In this document: one piece after another, positions 42,227 to 51,093 of the stretch
Numbering within the stretch: position 1 is the first letter of the stretch
How the letters are laid out: each line of letters begins with the position of its first letter
The notes under the pieces: generated by a model
Seen by the model: only the letters and a program-made list of their open reading frames with translations
Database searches by the model: none
What the model was told of the DNA's origin: nothing
Made by a program: the position numbers and the translations under genes
Assembly (NCBI GenBank): GCA_963796685.1
Contig: CAWCMR010000025.1
Span: 32,001 to 96,000 of the forward strand
Length of the DNA: 64,000 nt
Direction: 5' to 3'
DNA from: an uncultured delta proteobacterium
GTDB lineage: Bacteria > Myxococcota_A > Polyangia > Fen-1088

Positions 42227-43219
42227 CTATCGATGAATGGGTCGCTCCGTGGCGATGCGTACCTTCGCTTCAGCGCGAAATCGCCTGCGCATCTGGGTCC
42301 GGGTGATGCCGTGCTGGCGTTGGTAGATGCGGGACAATAGCCTGTCAAGGTCCACGGGATCGTTCAACGAGCCCATGACCTGCTCGGGCGTACGCCATTC
42401 GTTCCAGCCCGAGCCGTGCACGGGAATGACCCCAAGGTCCGTCGCCTCTTGCCAGGGAGCACTCTCGTGGATCGTTGCAGGGATGCGCTGGAAAGCTGCC
42501 CCGATTGAATCGGGTGTCACCCAAGCATTCGCCCAAAGACTCTCCACAATCGCAGCTCGAGTCGGCAGCTTGCGCGCGATGAGCTTCCAAAGGTCGGAAC
42601 CTCGCGCCGTGAACGCGCGCGTGTCCCAGAGCGCTCCGCGGGCCTTGAGACGCCTGGCTTGGGAGGGCGTGGCGTCTTCCACCAGTCTGACGACAGACTG
42701 GACTCGGCCGTCGAGGGCGGCACCCGGGACGACCATGCGACCGCTGGCGGCCACCTCGGTCATCACCGCGCCGGCAAGGATGATCGGGCTCGTGGCCAGC
42801 GCCAGACCGGCCGCGACCAACGAACCCGCGAGCACGCTGGCGCCGGGGACGTAGTGGTAGGCGGGTGCCACGATCACCGCGGCGTCAGGGGTACGCGCCA
42901 AGATCCGCCCGAGCGCGAACAACACGTCGACCGCCGGACCGCGATCGAGAGGACGGGCCAAGATCCCGATGCCGCGCCATGCACGTAGCTGCGTGCGCGC
43001 GAGGTCCTCGTGCTTGGTCGAGACGACGACGGAAATCCGTTCCGGCGGCACGAGCGCGGCGTACGATGACACCGTCTGCCGCAGCAGGGATCCGTCGCCC
43101 GCGATGAGCGCGAGCTGCTTGGGTACCGCCTCGCCCGACAGTGCACGGGTGAGCGGATCGAGCCGGGAGTCTTCGGCACCGGCCAGGACGATGATGTGCA
43201 GCTCTCGAGAGTTGAACAT
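42227..43219 (-). CDS. Mannose-1-phosphate guanylyltransferase-like protein with degenerate motifs
   Basis: IIVLAGAEDSRLDPLT...PKQ; PLDRGPA; PAYH; GWNEW. Confidence 0.75.
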   Translation of the reverse strand: MFNSRELHIIVLAGAEDSRLDPLTRALSGEAVPKQLALIAGDGSLLRQTVSSYAALVPPERISVVVSTKHEDLARTQLRAWRGIGILARPLDRGPAVDVLFALGRILARTPDAAVIVAPAYHYVPGASVLAGSLVAAGLALATSPIILAGAVMTEVAASGRMVVPGAALDGRVQSVVRLVEDATPSQARRLKARGALWDTRAFTARGSDLWKLIARKLPTRAAIVESLWANAWVTPDSIGAAFQRIPATIHESAPWQEATDLGVIPVHGSGWNEWRTPEQVMGSLNDPVDLDRLLSRIYQRQHGITRTQMRRRFRAEAKVRIATERPIHR

Positions 43220-43234
43220 GGGCGCGCTCCTTTT

Positions 43235-43912
43235 CTAGATCGCCAGATAGCCGCCGATGTTCTCGCGGAGGGCCACCCGGGCTCGATGCAATCTCGTCTT
43301 GATCACTTGCTCGGACACGCCCAACGTTCGGGCAGCCTGCAACGTCGAGTTCCCCTCGATCTCCCGAGCCAGGAATACCGAGCGCAACATATCGGGCAAT
43401 TTGTCGACCGCCCCCTGGATCTCTTGTTGCAATTCGCCCAGGGCCAACAGCTCGTCCGGTCGAAGGGGTCCGGCCAGGCCGGCGTCGTGGTTCGAATTCG
43501 CGACCACGGTGTCCAGATCGCCCGGCAGAGCACCGGCAAAAGTCGGTCTGCGGCTGCGCGCGCGCAACAACATCAGCGACGCATTGGCCGTGACCCGATG
43601 AAGCCAGCTGCTCACCTGCGCGCGCCCTTCGAATCCGGGCAGCTTCCGCCAGGCCGTCACGAACACGTCTTGAAGGATCTCTCGGGCGTCGTTCTCGTTG
43701 CGCACGAACCGCATGGCCAGGCGGAACAGCCGCTCCTCGTACCGGTCGAAGAGCCTTCGGAGCGCGAGCACATCTCCTGTTTGAGCCCGCGCGACCAGTA
43801 CTTCGTCACACGTGTATTCGTCGTGGTCAGGGGCCACGTCGGTCGAGGCCCTCCGCGGCGCTGAACGCGTCGAACGTCGTAGAACGGAATTGTCGTTGTT
43901 GGGGATATTCAT
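43235..43912 (-). CDS. ECF sigma factor (RpoE-like)
   Basis: LVARAQTGD, DAREILQDVF, WLHRV, IKTRLHRAR. Confidence 0.93.
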   Translation of the reverse strand: MNIPNNDNSVLRRSTRSAPRRASTDVAPDHDEYTCDEVLVARAQTGDVLALRRLFDRYEERLFRLAMRFVRNENDAREILQDVFVTAWRKLPGFEGRAQVSSWLHRVTANASLMLLRARSRRPTFAGALPGDLDTVVANSNHDAGLAGPLRPDELLALGELQQEIQGAVDKLPDMLRSVFLAREIEGNSTLQAARTLGVSEQVIKTRLHRARVALRENIGGYLAI

Positions 43913-43978
43913 GGTTCTCGTCTCACGGTTAGTTGAGGGTGCCTCTTGGGGTCGCCCAGGCAGGCCATCGCACCCCAC

Positions 43979-43993
43979 GCAATCCCCGTGCCG
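43979..43993 (-). promoter_or_regulatory. Sigma54 -24/-12 promoter upstream of the ECF gene
   Basis: CGGCACGGGGATTGC = GGCAC-N5-TTGC, about 67 nt before the ATG at 43912. Confidence 0.75.
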
Positions 43994-44289
43994 GAGATTC
44001 AGTTTCGAGGCTCCTTGGCAATCGTCTGGGCTCGCGCGTTCTCCATTCTCTGTTGGTAGCAAGGCACGGGTTTGGAGTCACCGGACGGTAACGCCTCGGC
44101 CTGCGCCTCGAGCCAGGGGAGCTCCTCGCAGCGCCGCAATCTTGCTGTGCTGGACTCCTCGTCAGGCCGTGACACAATTCGGGTCCGGCAACCCTTTCGC
44201 GGAGTGGGGCGGCCGTGCAGTCACGCTTGACCCGCTTGCATGGTGGCATTCCTGGCATCGCGTTCAGGCCCCAGGGCCAAGGAGGCATC

Positions 44290-45078
44290 ATGAGATTCTC
44301 ATCGATCTTCATCGCCATCACCTGTGCGTTCGCCCCGGCCAAGCCGGTAGGCGCCATGGAATTGGCGCCGGGCTCGGCCCAGCCGAGCCTGCCCTCGGTC
44401 AAGCAGGTCGTCGACAGGCTCAACGACCTCTACCGCGCAAGCTCGTCGCACGCGCACATGACCATGAAGGTCGTCACCAGGCGCTACCGTCGGGACCTGA
44501 CCCTGGAGGCATGGACCCGAGGGAAAAAGGAAGCCCTCGTGGTCGTGCGCGCCCCTGCCCGGGAGGCCGGCGAGGCAACCTTGCGCTCGGCCGCAGGTTT
44601 GTGGAGTTACGCCCCACGCGCCGACGAGCTGGTGCGCATCCCGACCTCGTTGCTCTCCGACAACTGGATGGGCAGCCACTTCACCAACGACGATCTGATG
44701 CGCGAGACCGACTTCATGACGGACTACGATGCCTCGCTGGCCTGGCGGGATGAAGGCGGCAAGCGCCTGCTGCAGGTGACCCTCAAGCCCAAGCCGCAGG
44801 CGCCCGTGGTCTGGAGCCGCATCACCTTCCTGCTCGATCCCGGCGATTACATGCCCCTGCGTGCAGACTACTTCGACGGAGACAAGATCGTGCGCACGCT
44901 CACCTACGCCGACCCGCACGAGGTGGCGGGACGCCGGGTGCCGTTCACCATGGTGATGGTGCCCGCCGACAAGCCCGGCGAATTCACGCGCGTCGAGTAC
45001 CAGGATCTCGAGCTCGGGGTCGCCGTCGACCCGAGTCTATTCACGCAGCGAGGACTGCGCTGGGTCGCCAAGCAATGA
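44290..45078 (+). CDS. Outer-membrane lipoprotein-sorting (LolA-like) protein
   Basis: WMGSHFTNDDL, FTQRGLR; RBS AGGAGG. Confidence 0.92.
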   Translation: MRFSSIFIAITCAFAPAKPVGAMELAPGSAQPSLPSVKQVVDRLNDLYRASSSHAHMTMKVVTRRYRRDLTLEAWTRGKKEALVVVRAPAREAGEATLRSAAGLWSYAPRADELVRIPTSLLSDNWMGSHFTNDDLMRETDFMTDYDASLAWRDEGGKRLLQVTLKPKPQAPVVWSRITFLLDPGDYMPLRADYFDGDKIVRTLTYADPHEVAGRRVPFTMVMVPADKPGEFTRVEYQDLELGVAVDPSLFTQRGLRWVAKQ

Positions 45079-46334
45079 TCCGTCTGGCCTTGCGCAACCT
45101 GGCCCGCAATCGCTGGCGCAGCGGACTAACCCTGTCCGGCGTGGCCGTCGCCGTGGCCATGCTCATCTGGAGCGACGGGCTCATGGAGGCCTTCTTCGAC
45201 ACCATGATTGAAAGTGTGACCGCCGTGCAGCTCGGCGACGTGCGGATCGAATCGGAGGCGCATGCCAAGGAAGGCTCGGTCTACGACGCCTTCCCGGTCA
45301 CCCCCGCGCTGCTCGAACGCGTGCGCCGTCTGCCCGGGATCAGGGCCGTCGCCCCGCGCCTTCTGACCTACGGACTGCTCGGCCACGGGGCACGATCACA
45401 GGGCGCCCTCGTCCTTGGGGTCGATCCCGGGGCCGAGGCCCGCGCTGGCGACGTGGCGAAATCCGTCGTGGCGGGCAGGTGGCTCGCGCCCACGGAGGCG
45501 GACCAGACGAAGGATCGGTCCAAGCAGGTCGTGCTCGGGCAAGACTTGGCGAATCTGCTGGCGGCCAAGGTGGGCGATGAGCTCGTGGTGCTGCTGCAAG
45601 CCGCTGACGGCGGCATGGGCGACGACCGGCTACGCGTGGTCGGCATCGTCCGCACCGGCAGTGGTGCTCTCGACCGGCAAGCGGCGTGGATGAGGCTCTC
45701 GGGCGTCGCGTTTCTGGCCGCGCTCGACGGCCAGGCCCACGAGCTCGTGGTCCGCCTCGATCGCGGCGCCGATCTCGACCGCGCGGCCGCCGCCCTACGC
45801 ACGGCCGTCGCGGGCAGCGCGGGTCCGAAGTTGCTCGTGCGCACGTGGCAGGAGCTGGTGCCCGACCTGCGCCAGATCATCGCCTTGACGAAACTTTCGA
45901 TGATCGTGCTCTACCTCATCGTCTATTGCATCGCCGCGCTCGGCATCCTCAACGCCCAACGCATGACCGCGATCGAGCGCAAGCGCGAGCTCGCGGTGAT
46001 GATGGCGGTGGGCGTGACGCCGATGCGCCTTGCCAGACTGGTGGTGCTCGAGTCCGTGCTGCTCGTGGGGATGGGCGCGATCCTTGGCATGCTGCTCGGG
46101 GTGGGCGTGTCGGCTTACCACGCCCACGCGGGACTCAACCTCGCGGCCCTCGGCTCACACGGGTTCAGCTACGGCGGCGTCGAGTTCCATGCGCGCATCT
46201 TCTTCGTCGTTCGCCCGGCCATGGTCCTGCTGCCCGCGCTGGCCATCCTGATAGTGGGCGTCCTGTGCGGGCTGTGGCCGGCGCTGGCGAGCGCGCGCCT
46301 CGGGCTCGCCTCCACCATTTCCGGGAGGGCCTGA
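45075..46334 (+). CDS. ABC transporter permease (LolC/E, MacB-like)
   Basis: LALRNLARNRWRS, ERKRELAVMMAVG. Confidence 0.94.
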   Translation: MIRLALRNLARNRWRSGLTLSGVAVAVAMLIWSDGLMEAFFDTMIESVTAVQLGDVRIESEAHAKEGSVYDAFPVTPALLERVRRLPGIRAVAPRLLTYGLLGHGARSQGALVLGVDPGAEARAGDVAKSVVAGRWLAPTEADQTKDRSKQVVLGQDLANLLAAKVGDELVVLLQAADGGMGDDRLRVVGIVRTGSGALDRQAAWMRLSGVAFLAALDGQAHELVVRLDRGADLDRAAAALRTAVAGSAGPKLLVRTWQELVPDLRQIIALTKLSMIVLYLIVYCIAALGILNAQRMTAIERKRELAVMMAVGVTPMRLARLVVLESVLLVGMGAILGMLLGVGVSAYHAHAGLNLAALGSHGFSYGGVEFHARIFFVVRPAMVLLPALAILIVGVLCGLWPALASARLGLASTISGRA

Positions 46335-46336
46335 CC

Positions 46337-47578
46337 GTGCACGACCTGAGACTCGGCTGGCGGAACCTGTGGCGCAACCGGACCCGCACCGTCATTTCCG
46401 CGACCGCCATCACCTTGAGCTTCGCGGGACTGCTCACCACCTTCGGGGTCTCGGATGCGTCCTACGACCAGATGCTGGCTGCGGCCGTGCGCAGCGCGGG
46501 CGGCAACGTGCTCGTCCATGCCAAGGGATGGGAGCACAGTCGCGCGGCCGATCTGCTCATCGCGGACCCCGCGAAGGTCGAGGCCACGGCGCGCGATCTG
46601 CGCGGGGTGCGCGCCGTGATCCCGCGCGTGCTCGTCCAGGGCCTGCTCAGCTCCCCGCGTGGCGCCGAGGCGCTGCAGCTGCGAGGCATCGACGCCAAGG
46701 CCGAGGCAGCCCTGCTCGACCTCGCCCCCTACGTGGCCGAGGGATCCTTTCTGGCCCCAGGGGATGCCCATCCGCTGGTGATCGGGGAAAAGCTCGCCCA
46801 GAAGCTGGGAGTGAACCTCGGCGATCGCGTGGTGCTGACCGCCGCCGGCCCCAAGGGCGACCTGGCGCGCGCCCTGTTTCGCGTGTCCGGAATCTTGCGG
46901 CCGCACAGCGGCCTCGATGACGGCGTCGCGTTCACCACCCTCGCGGCGGCAGCCGAGGCGATAGGAGCGGGCAGAAGCCGCACCGAGATCGGTCTCGTGC
47001 TCGCCGACGACACCAGCCGCGGCAAGGTCGCCCGCGCGCTACGGAAACAACTTGCGATGGGGAGCGAGAACCTCAAGGTGCTCACCTGGGACCAGGCGCT
47101 GCCCGAGCTTCTCGGTGCCATTCGCGCCGACAAAGCCTTCGCCTACCTGTTCGGGCTGGTGGTTTTCGTCATCATGGGCTTCGGCATCGCCAACACCTTC
47201 CTGATGTCGGTGCTCGAGCGCGTGCGCGAGCTGGGGCTCTTGTCCGCGCTGGGACTGACGCCGGGGCGGACGGCGCGTCTGGTGTTGGCCGAGACCGCCG
47301 TGCTCACCAGTCTTTCGGTGGCAGCGGGCTATGGGCTGGCGCTACTGGTTCACCTCTACCTGCACCGCTATGGCATCGACCTGGCGGGGCTATCCGGGAT
47401 GAAGGTGGAGCTGGCCGGTGTGATGGTGCAAGACTTGCGCCTGCGCAGCGTCGTCGATCCCTGGCGCTGGCTCGCTGGCGGAGCGGGTGTGGTGGCGATC
47501 GTCTTGCTCAGCGCCTGCTACCCGGCCTTCAAGGCGGCTCGGCTCGACCCGGTGCAGGCGATGCGAACCTATGAATAG
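46337..47578 (+). CDS. ABC transporter permease (LolC/E, MacB-like)
   Basis: WRNLWRNRTRT, MSVLERVRELG, YPAFKAARLDPVQAMR. Confidence 0.94.
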   Translation: MHDLRLGWRNLWRNRTRTVISATAITLSFAGLLTTFGVSDASYDQMLAAAVRSAGGNVLVHAKGWEHSRAADLLIADPAKVEATARDLRGVRAVIPRVLVQGLLSSPRGAEALQLRGIDAKAEAALLDLAPYVAEGSFLAPGDAHPLVIGEKLAQKLGVNLGDRVVLTAAGPKGDLARALFRVSGILRPHSGLDDGVAFTTLAAAAEAIGAGRSRTEIGLVLADDTSRGKVARALRKQLAMGSENLKVLTWDQALPELLGAIRADKAFAYLFGLVVFVIMGFGIANTFLMSVLERVRELGLLSALGLTPGRTARLVLAETAVLTSLSVAAGYGLALLVHLYLHRYGIDLAGLSGMKVELAGVMVQDLRLRSVVDPWRWLAGGAGVVAIVLLSACYPAFKAARLDPVQAMRTYE

Positions 47579-48317
47579 TGGAGGCACAGTGACCGATCAA
47601 GTCGTGATCAGGACCGAGAAGCTCTCGCGCACCTACGTGCAGGGCGCGGTCGAGGTGCACGCGCTTCGCGACGTGGACTTCACGTGCAAGCGCGGCGATC
47701 TCGTCGCCCTCGCCGGGCCGTCGGGATCGGGGAAATCGACTCTGCTCAACCAGCTCGGAGCTCTCGATTCCCCGACCTCGGGGACCATCGACATCGCGGG
47801 ACATCAGGTGACCGGGCTCGGCCGCGCCGAGGCCGCGCGTTTCCGCCTCACCCACATCGGCTTCGTGTTCCAGGCCTACAACCTCCTGCCCGTGCTCACG
47901 GCCTACGAAAACGCGGAATACACCCTGCTCTTGCAAGGCGTACCGTCCGCCAAGCGACGCAAGATCGTCGCGCCCCTGCTCGATCGCGTGGGCCTGGGGG
48001 CCATGCTCGACCGACGCCCGCACGAGCTGTCGGGCGGTCAACAGCAACGCGTGGCCGTGGTGCGCGCCATCGCGCCCAAGCCGGCCTTCGTGCTTGCCGA
48101 CGAGCCGACGGCGAACCTCGACAGCGAGAGCTCGTCGTCGCTCCTCGACCTGCTCGAAGAGCTCAACCGGCGCGACGGCATCACTTTCGTGCTCGCCTCG
48201 CACGACGCGCAGGTCATCGCGCGCGCGCGGCGGGTGGTGCGGCTGCGCGATGGTCGCATCGTCGCCGACGAGACCAACCGCGCCGCGGAACCCGAGACGG
48301 AGCCTCGCCAAGCCTGA
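47571..48317 (+). CDS. ABC transporter ATP-binding protein (LolD-like)
   Basis: GPSGSGKS, LSGGQQQR, ADEPTANLD. Confidence 0.97.
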   Translation: MNSGGTVTDQVVIRTEKLSRTYVQGAVEVHALRDVDFTCKRGDLVALAGPSGSGKSTLLNQLGALDSPTSGTIDIAGHQVTGLGRAEAARFRLTHIGFVFQAYNLLPVLTAYENAEYTLLLQGVPSAKRRKIVAPLLDRVGLGAMLDRRPHELSGGQQQRVAVVRAIAPKPAFVLADEPTANLDSESSSSLLDLLEELNRRDGITFVLASHDAQVIARARRVVRLRDGRIVADETNRAAEPETEPRQA

Positions 48318-49559
48318 TGCGCGGGCTGACGATTCTTGCCGTGGCGTCCGTGCTCGTCGGCCCGGCAAGGGCGCAGGCGGCGCAGAGCTTGATCGAGGGC
48401 GAGCACGCCAAGCTGGCGCTCGGCGGGTACGCGTTCACCCTCGGCGGGCTACAACGGCTGAGGTTCGACCTCGGGCCTGGTGCACCGTCGCCGGCCCCGC
48501 CCGATCATCTCGGGCTTTCCGAGACCCTGCTGCGCCTGGAATGGAAGGCGGACCTCGGCGAGCACGTCACGGCCGAGGTCCACCAACGCCTCTTTCTGCG
48601 TGTCAGCAGCGAAGCCTTCGCCCTCGGTGGCCAGAAGCTCGGCCTCGGCGCCAGCGCGGTGCCGCGGCGGACGGTCGACCTTCGCTCGGTGGCCTACGAC
48701 GAGGATCGCCTGCTGCTCGAGCACGATATCGATCGCCTGGCCGTGCGCGCGGATCTGGGGAGCTTCGATGTCAGCCTGGGCCGCCAGGCCATTACCTGGG
48801 GCTTCGCCTCGCTGTTTCCCATCGCGGATCTGTGGACCACCTTCAGCCCCTTCGAGCTCGACACCTCGCAAAAGCGCGGCGTGGATGCGCTTCGCGTCCT
48901 GTACTCAAGCTCTCCCTCCACCGAGCTTCGAGGGCGTGGTGGCCGATCGGGGCACGCTGGGGGATCTGTCCGCCGGCGTGCGCGCCGTGGCCTACCTGCA
49001 CGCCGCGGATGTCTACCTTGCCCTGACCAAGCAGTGGCGCGAGCTCATCGCCTTCGCCGGAGCCGGTGCAGTCATTGGCAGCTTCAAGCTGCGTGCCGAG
49101 GTCGCCGGTCCCTACGATCTGGACGGCGAGGAGCTTGCGCGCCCGCGCGGCTCGGTCGGAGCGGACTGGTTGAGCGGCCGGCTCACCCTGACCCTGGAGG
49201 CGAGCTACAATGGAACCGGCGTGCGGCACGCCTCGGATTACCTCACGCATCTCACCACCTCGCCGGTGGTCGGACGCGGCGAGAGCTACCTGCTCGGCCG
49301 CTGGTACGCGGGTGCCGCCGCGAGCTGGAAGATCTCGGAGCTGTTCCAGCTCTCGTTCACCACGCTGGGGAACTTGCAGGATCCGAGCCTGGTGCTCGCC
49401 AGCGCCCTGACCTACCAGATCGCACAGGAGACCGCGCTCTCGCTCGGGGCGTTCCAGGGCTTAGGCGGGATCCCCGTGGTCGATGCCGCGCCCGAGCTGC
49501 GCAGCGAATTCGGCTCGCTGGGTGGCCTCTACTACCTCTCGCTTTCCAGCTTCTTCTGA
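48317..49559 (+). CDS. Outer-membrane beta-barrel protein of the ABC operon (frameshift near 48930)
   Basis: IDRL, GRQAITWG, GVDALR, RSEFG, C-terminal FF. Confidence 0.85.
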
Positions 49560-49584
49560 AATTCGGCGCAGTGGGTGGACTTCG

Positions 49585-50367
49585 CTACCTTGCTCTTTCG
49601 AGCTTCTTGGGGGCGGCCGAATGCTCGTTCGACTCGGCCAATCGGAAGCCGATGCCGCGCACCGTTTGCAACATATCGGCGGCCTTGCCAAGCTTGTCCC
49701 GAAGGCGCTTGACGTGGGTGTCGACCGTGCGGCTGGAGACCTCCGGGTGGTACCCCCAAACCTCGGTCAGGAGCTTCCGGCGCGTACACATGTATCCGGG
49801 CGCGTGGATGAGATGGCTAACCAGGCGCATTTCCAAGGCGCTGACGTGAACCTCCCTTCCATCCACGAAGAGCCGGTGTGCCTTTTCGTCTATCGCCAGG
49901 CACCCGACGGTCAACTGCTCGGCTCTTTCCGCGCGCTTCTTTTCCTCGGTTCCGAATAGACTCTCGCGGGCCTTGAGTCGGGCCTCGATACGAAGGATCA
50001 GCTCGCGCACGTTGAAGGGCTTGACCACGTAGTCGTCGGCGCCTGCTTCGAATCCGGCGACGCGATCGGTTTCCTCGACCCGTGCGGACAGGATGACGAC
50101 CACGGGCCTTCTTGCCTCAGGCATCGTGTGGATGCGCCGGCAAATCTCCAAGCCCGACATGTCGGGCAACATCACGTCCAGCAGCACCAAGTCCGCCTCG
50201 CTCTCGTCGAGAACGCGAATTGCGGTGTCGCCCCAATCAGCGACCCTCACCTCGTATCCCGAGGCCGTCAGCGCATAATCGAGCGACTTGCAAAGATCTA
50301 CCTCGTCCTCGACAACGAGAAGTCGAGCGCGCCGGCCCGTCTGTGGCTCCATGGGTATGGGCACCAT
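49585..50367 (-). CDS. OmpR/PhoB-family response regulator (no kinase in this window)
   Basis: VVEDE, LLDVMLP, GADDYVVKPF, RTVDTHVKRLRDKL, TVRGIGF. Confidence 0.96.
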   Translation of the reverse strand: MVPIPMEPQTGRRARLLVVEDEVDLCKSLDYALTASGYEVRVADWGDTAIRVLDESEADLVLLDVMLPDMSGLEICRRIHTMPEARRPVVVILSARVEETDRVAGFEAGADDYVVKPFNVRELILRIEARLKARESLFGTEEKKRAERAEQLTVGCLAIDEKAHRLFVDGREVHVSALEMRLVSHLIHAPGYMCTRRKLLTEVWGYHPEVSSRTVDTHVKRLRDKLGKAADMLQTVRGIGFRLAESNEHSAAPKKLERAR

Positions 50368-50817
50368 CGCACCGCGCGTGTTTCAATCTGGTGACAAACG
50401 TGAAACCCTTCCGCGCAGCCATCGCGCATAAAAAAGAGACCACCTGGGGCCAGGAGAGAGTGTCTTCCCCCAGGTGATCTCTCGCCAGATCCCGCGGCGC
50501 ATCTGTACGCGTGCTTGCGATGGGCAGAACGCGCGACGGTCTGGCCCCGCCTCCCCTCCCGGATAAGCTACGACGAACTGGCTCTATCACTCGCGGTTGC
50601 TTGTTCGATGATAGCGGGTCGCTTCCGCTTTTCTGCAACACTAGCGCAACAGCGAGCCTACTACCGGGCGGCGGTCAAGTCGGAAACAAGGAAGAAACAC
50701 CACCGCCTCCGGAACGTTGAAGAAAGACAACGCAAAGGTAACCATACCTCTCGGTTCTCTGATCTAGCCTTCCCGCCGTAGCGATCGATCGATGAGCGAA
50801 CGGAAAGGAGACTGCTC

Positions 50818-51048
50818 ATGCCCAGGGAAAACCAACCATTCGAACAAGACTTCCTTCTGGTCACGGATACCGAAATGCGTGTCAGGCAGGCGACGCAATA
50901 CACGCAACTCAACCCGATGATCGTGCCGGTCCCCGACGAGGACGTCTGGGAATGGGAGACCAGTAGTTGGGACGCAGAGCCCATCTTCGACAAGAGCCTT
51001 GACGAGGAGTACCCCACGATCTGGGAAAGTACCCTCGAACGTCTGTGA
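50818..51048 (+). CDS. Small acidic Trp-rich hypothetical protein
   Basis: RBS AAGGAG; 76 aa; isolated ORF. Confidence 0.7.
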   Translation: MPRENQPFEQDFLLVTDTEMRVRQATQYTQLNPMIVPVPDEDVWEWETSSWDAEPIFDKSLDEEYPTIWESTLERL

Positions 51049-51093
51049 GCGTTGCCGCGCGCCGACCCGCGAACCGCCTCGATCGGCCAGGAG

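Noticed and set aside
50660-50790. c-di-GMP-I riboswitch (GAAA and CGCAAAG fragments)
   Set aside because: Could not assemble the required P1/P2/P3 pairing by eye; needs Infernal
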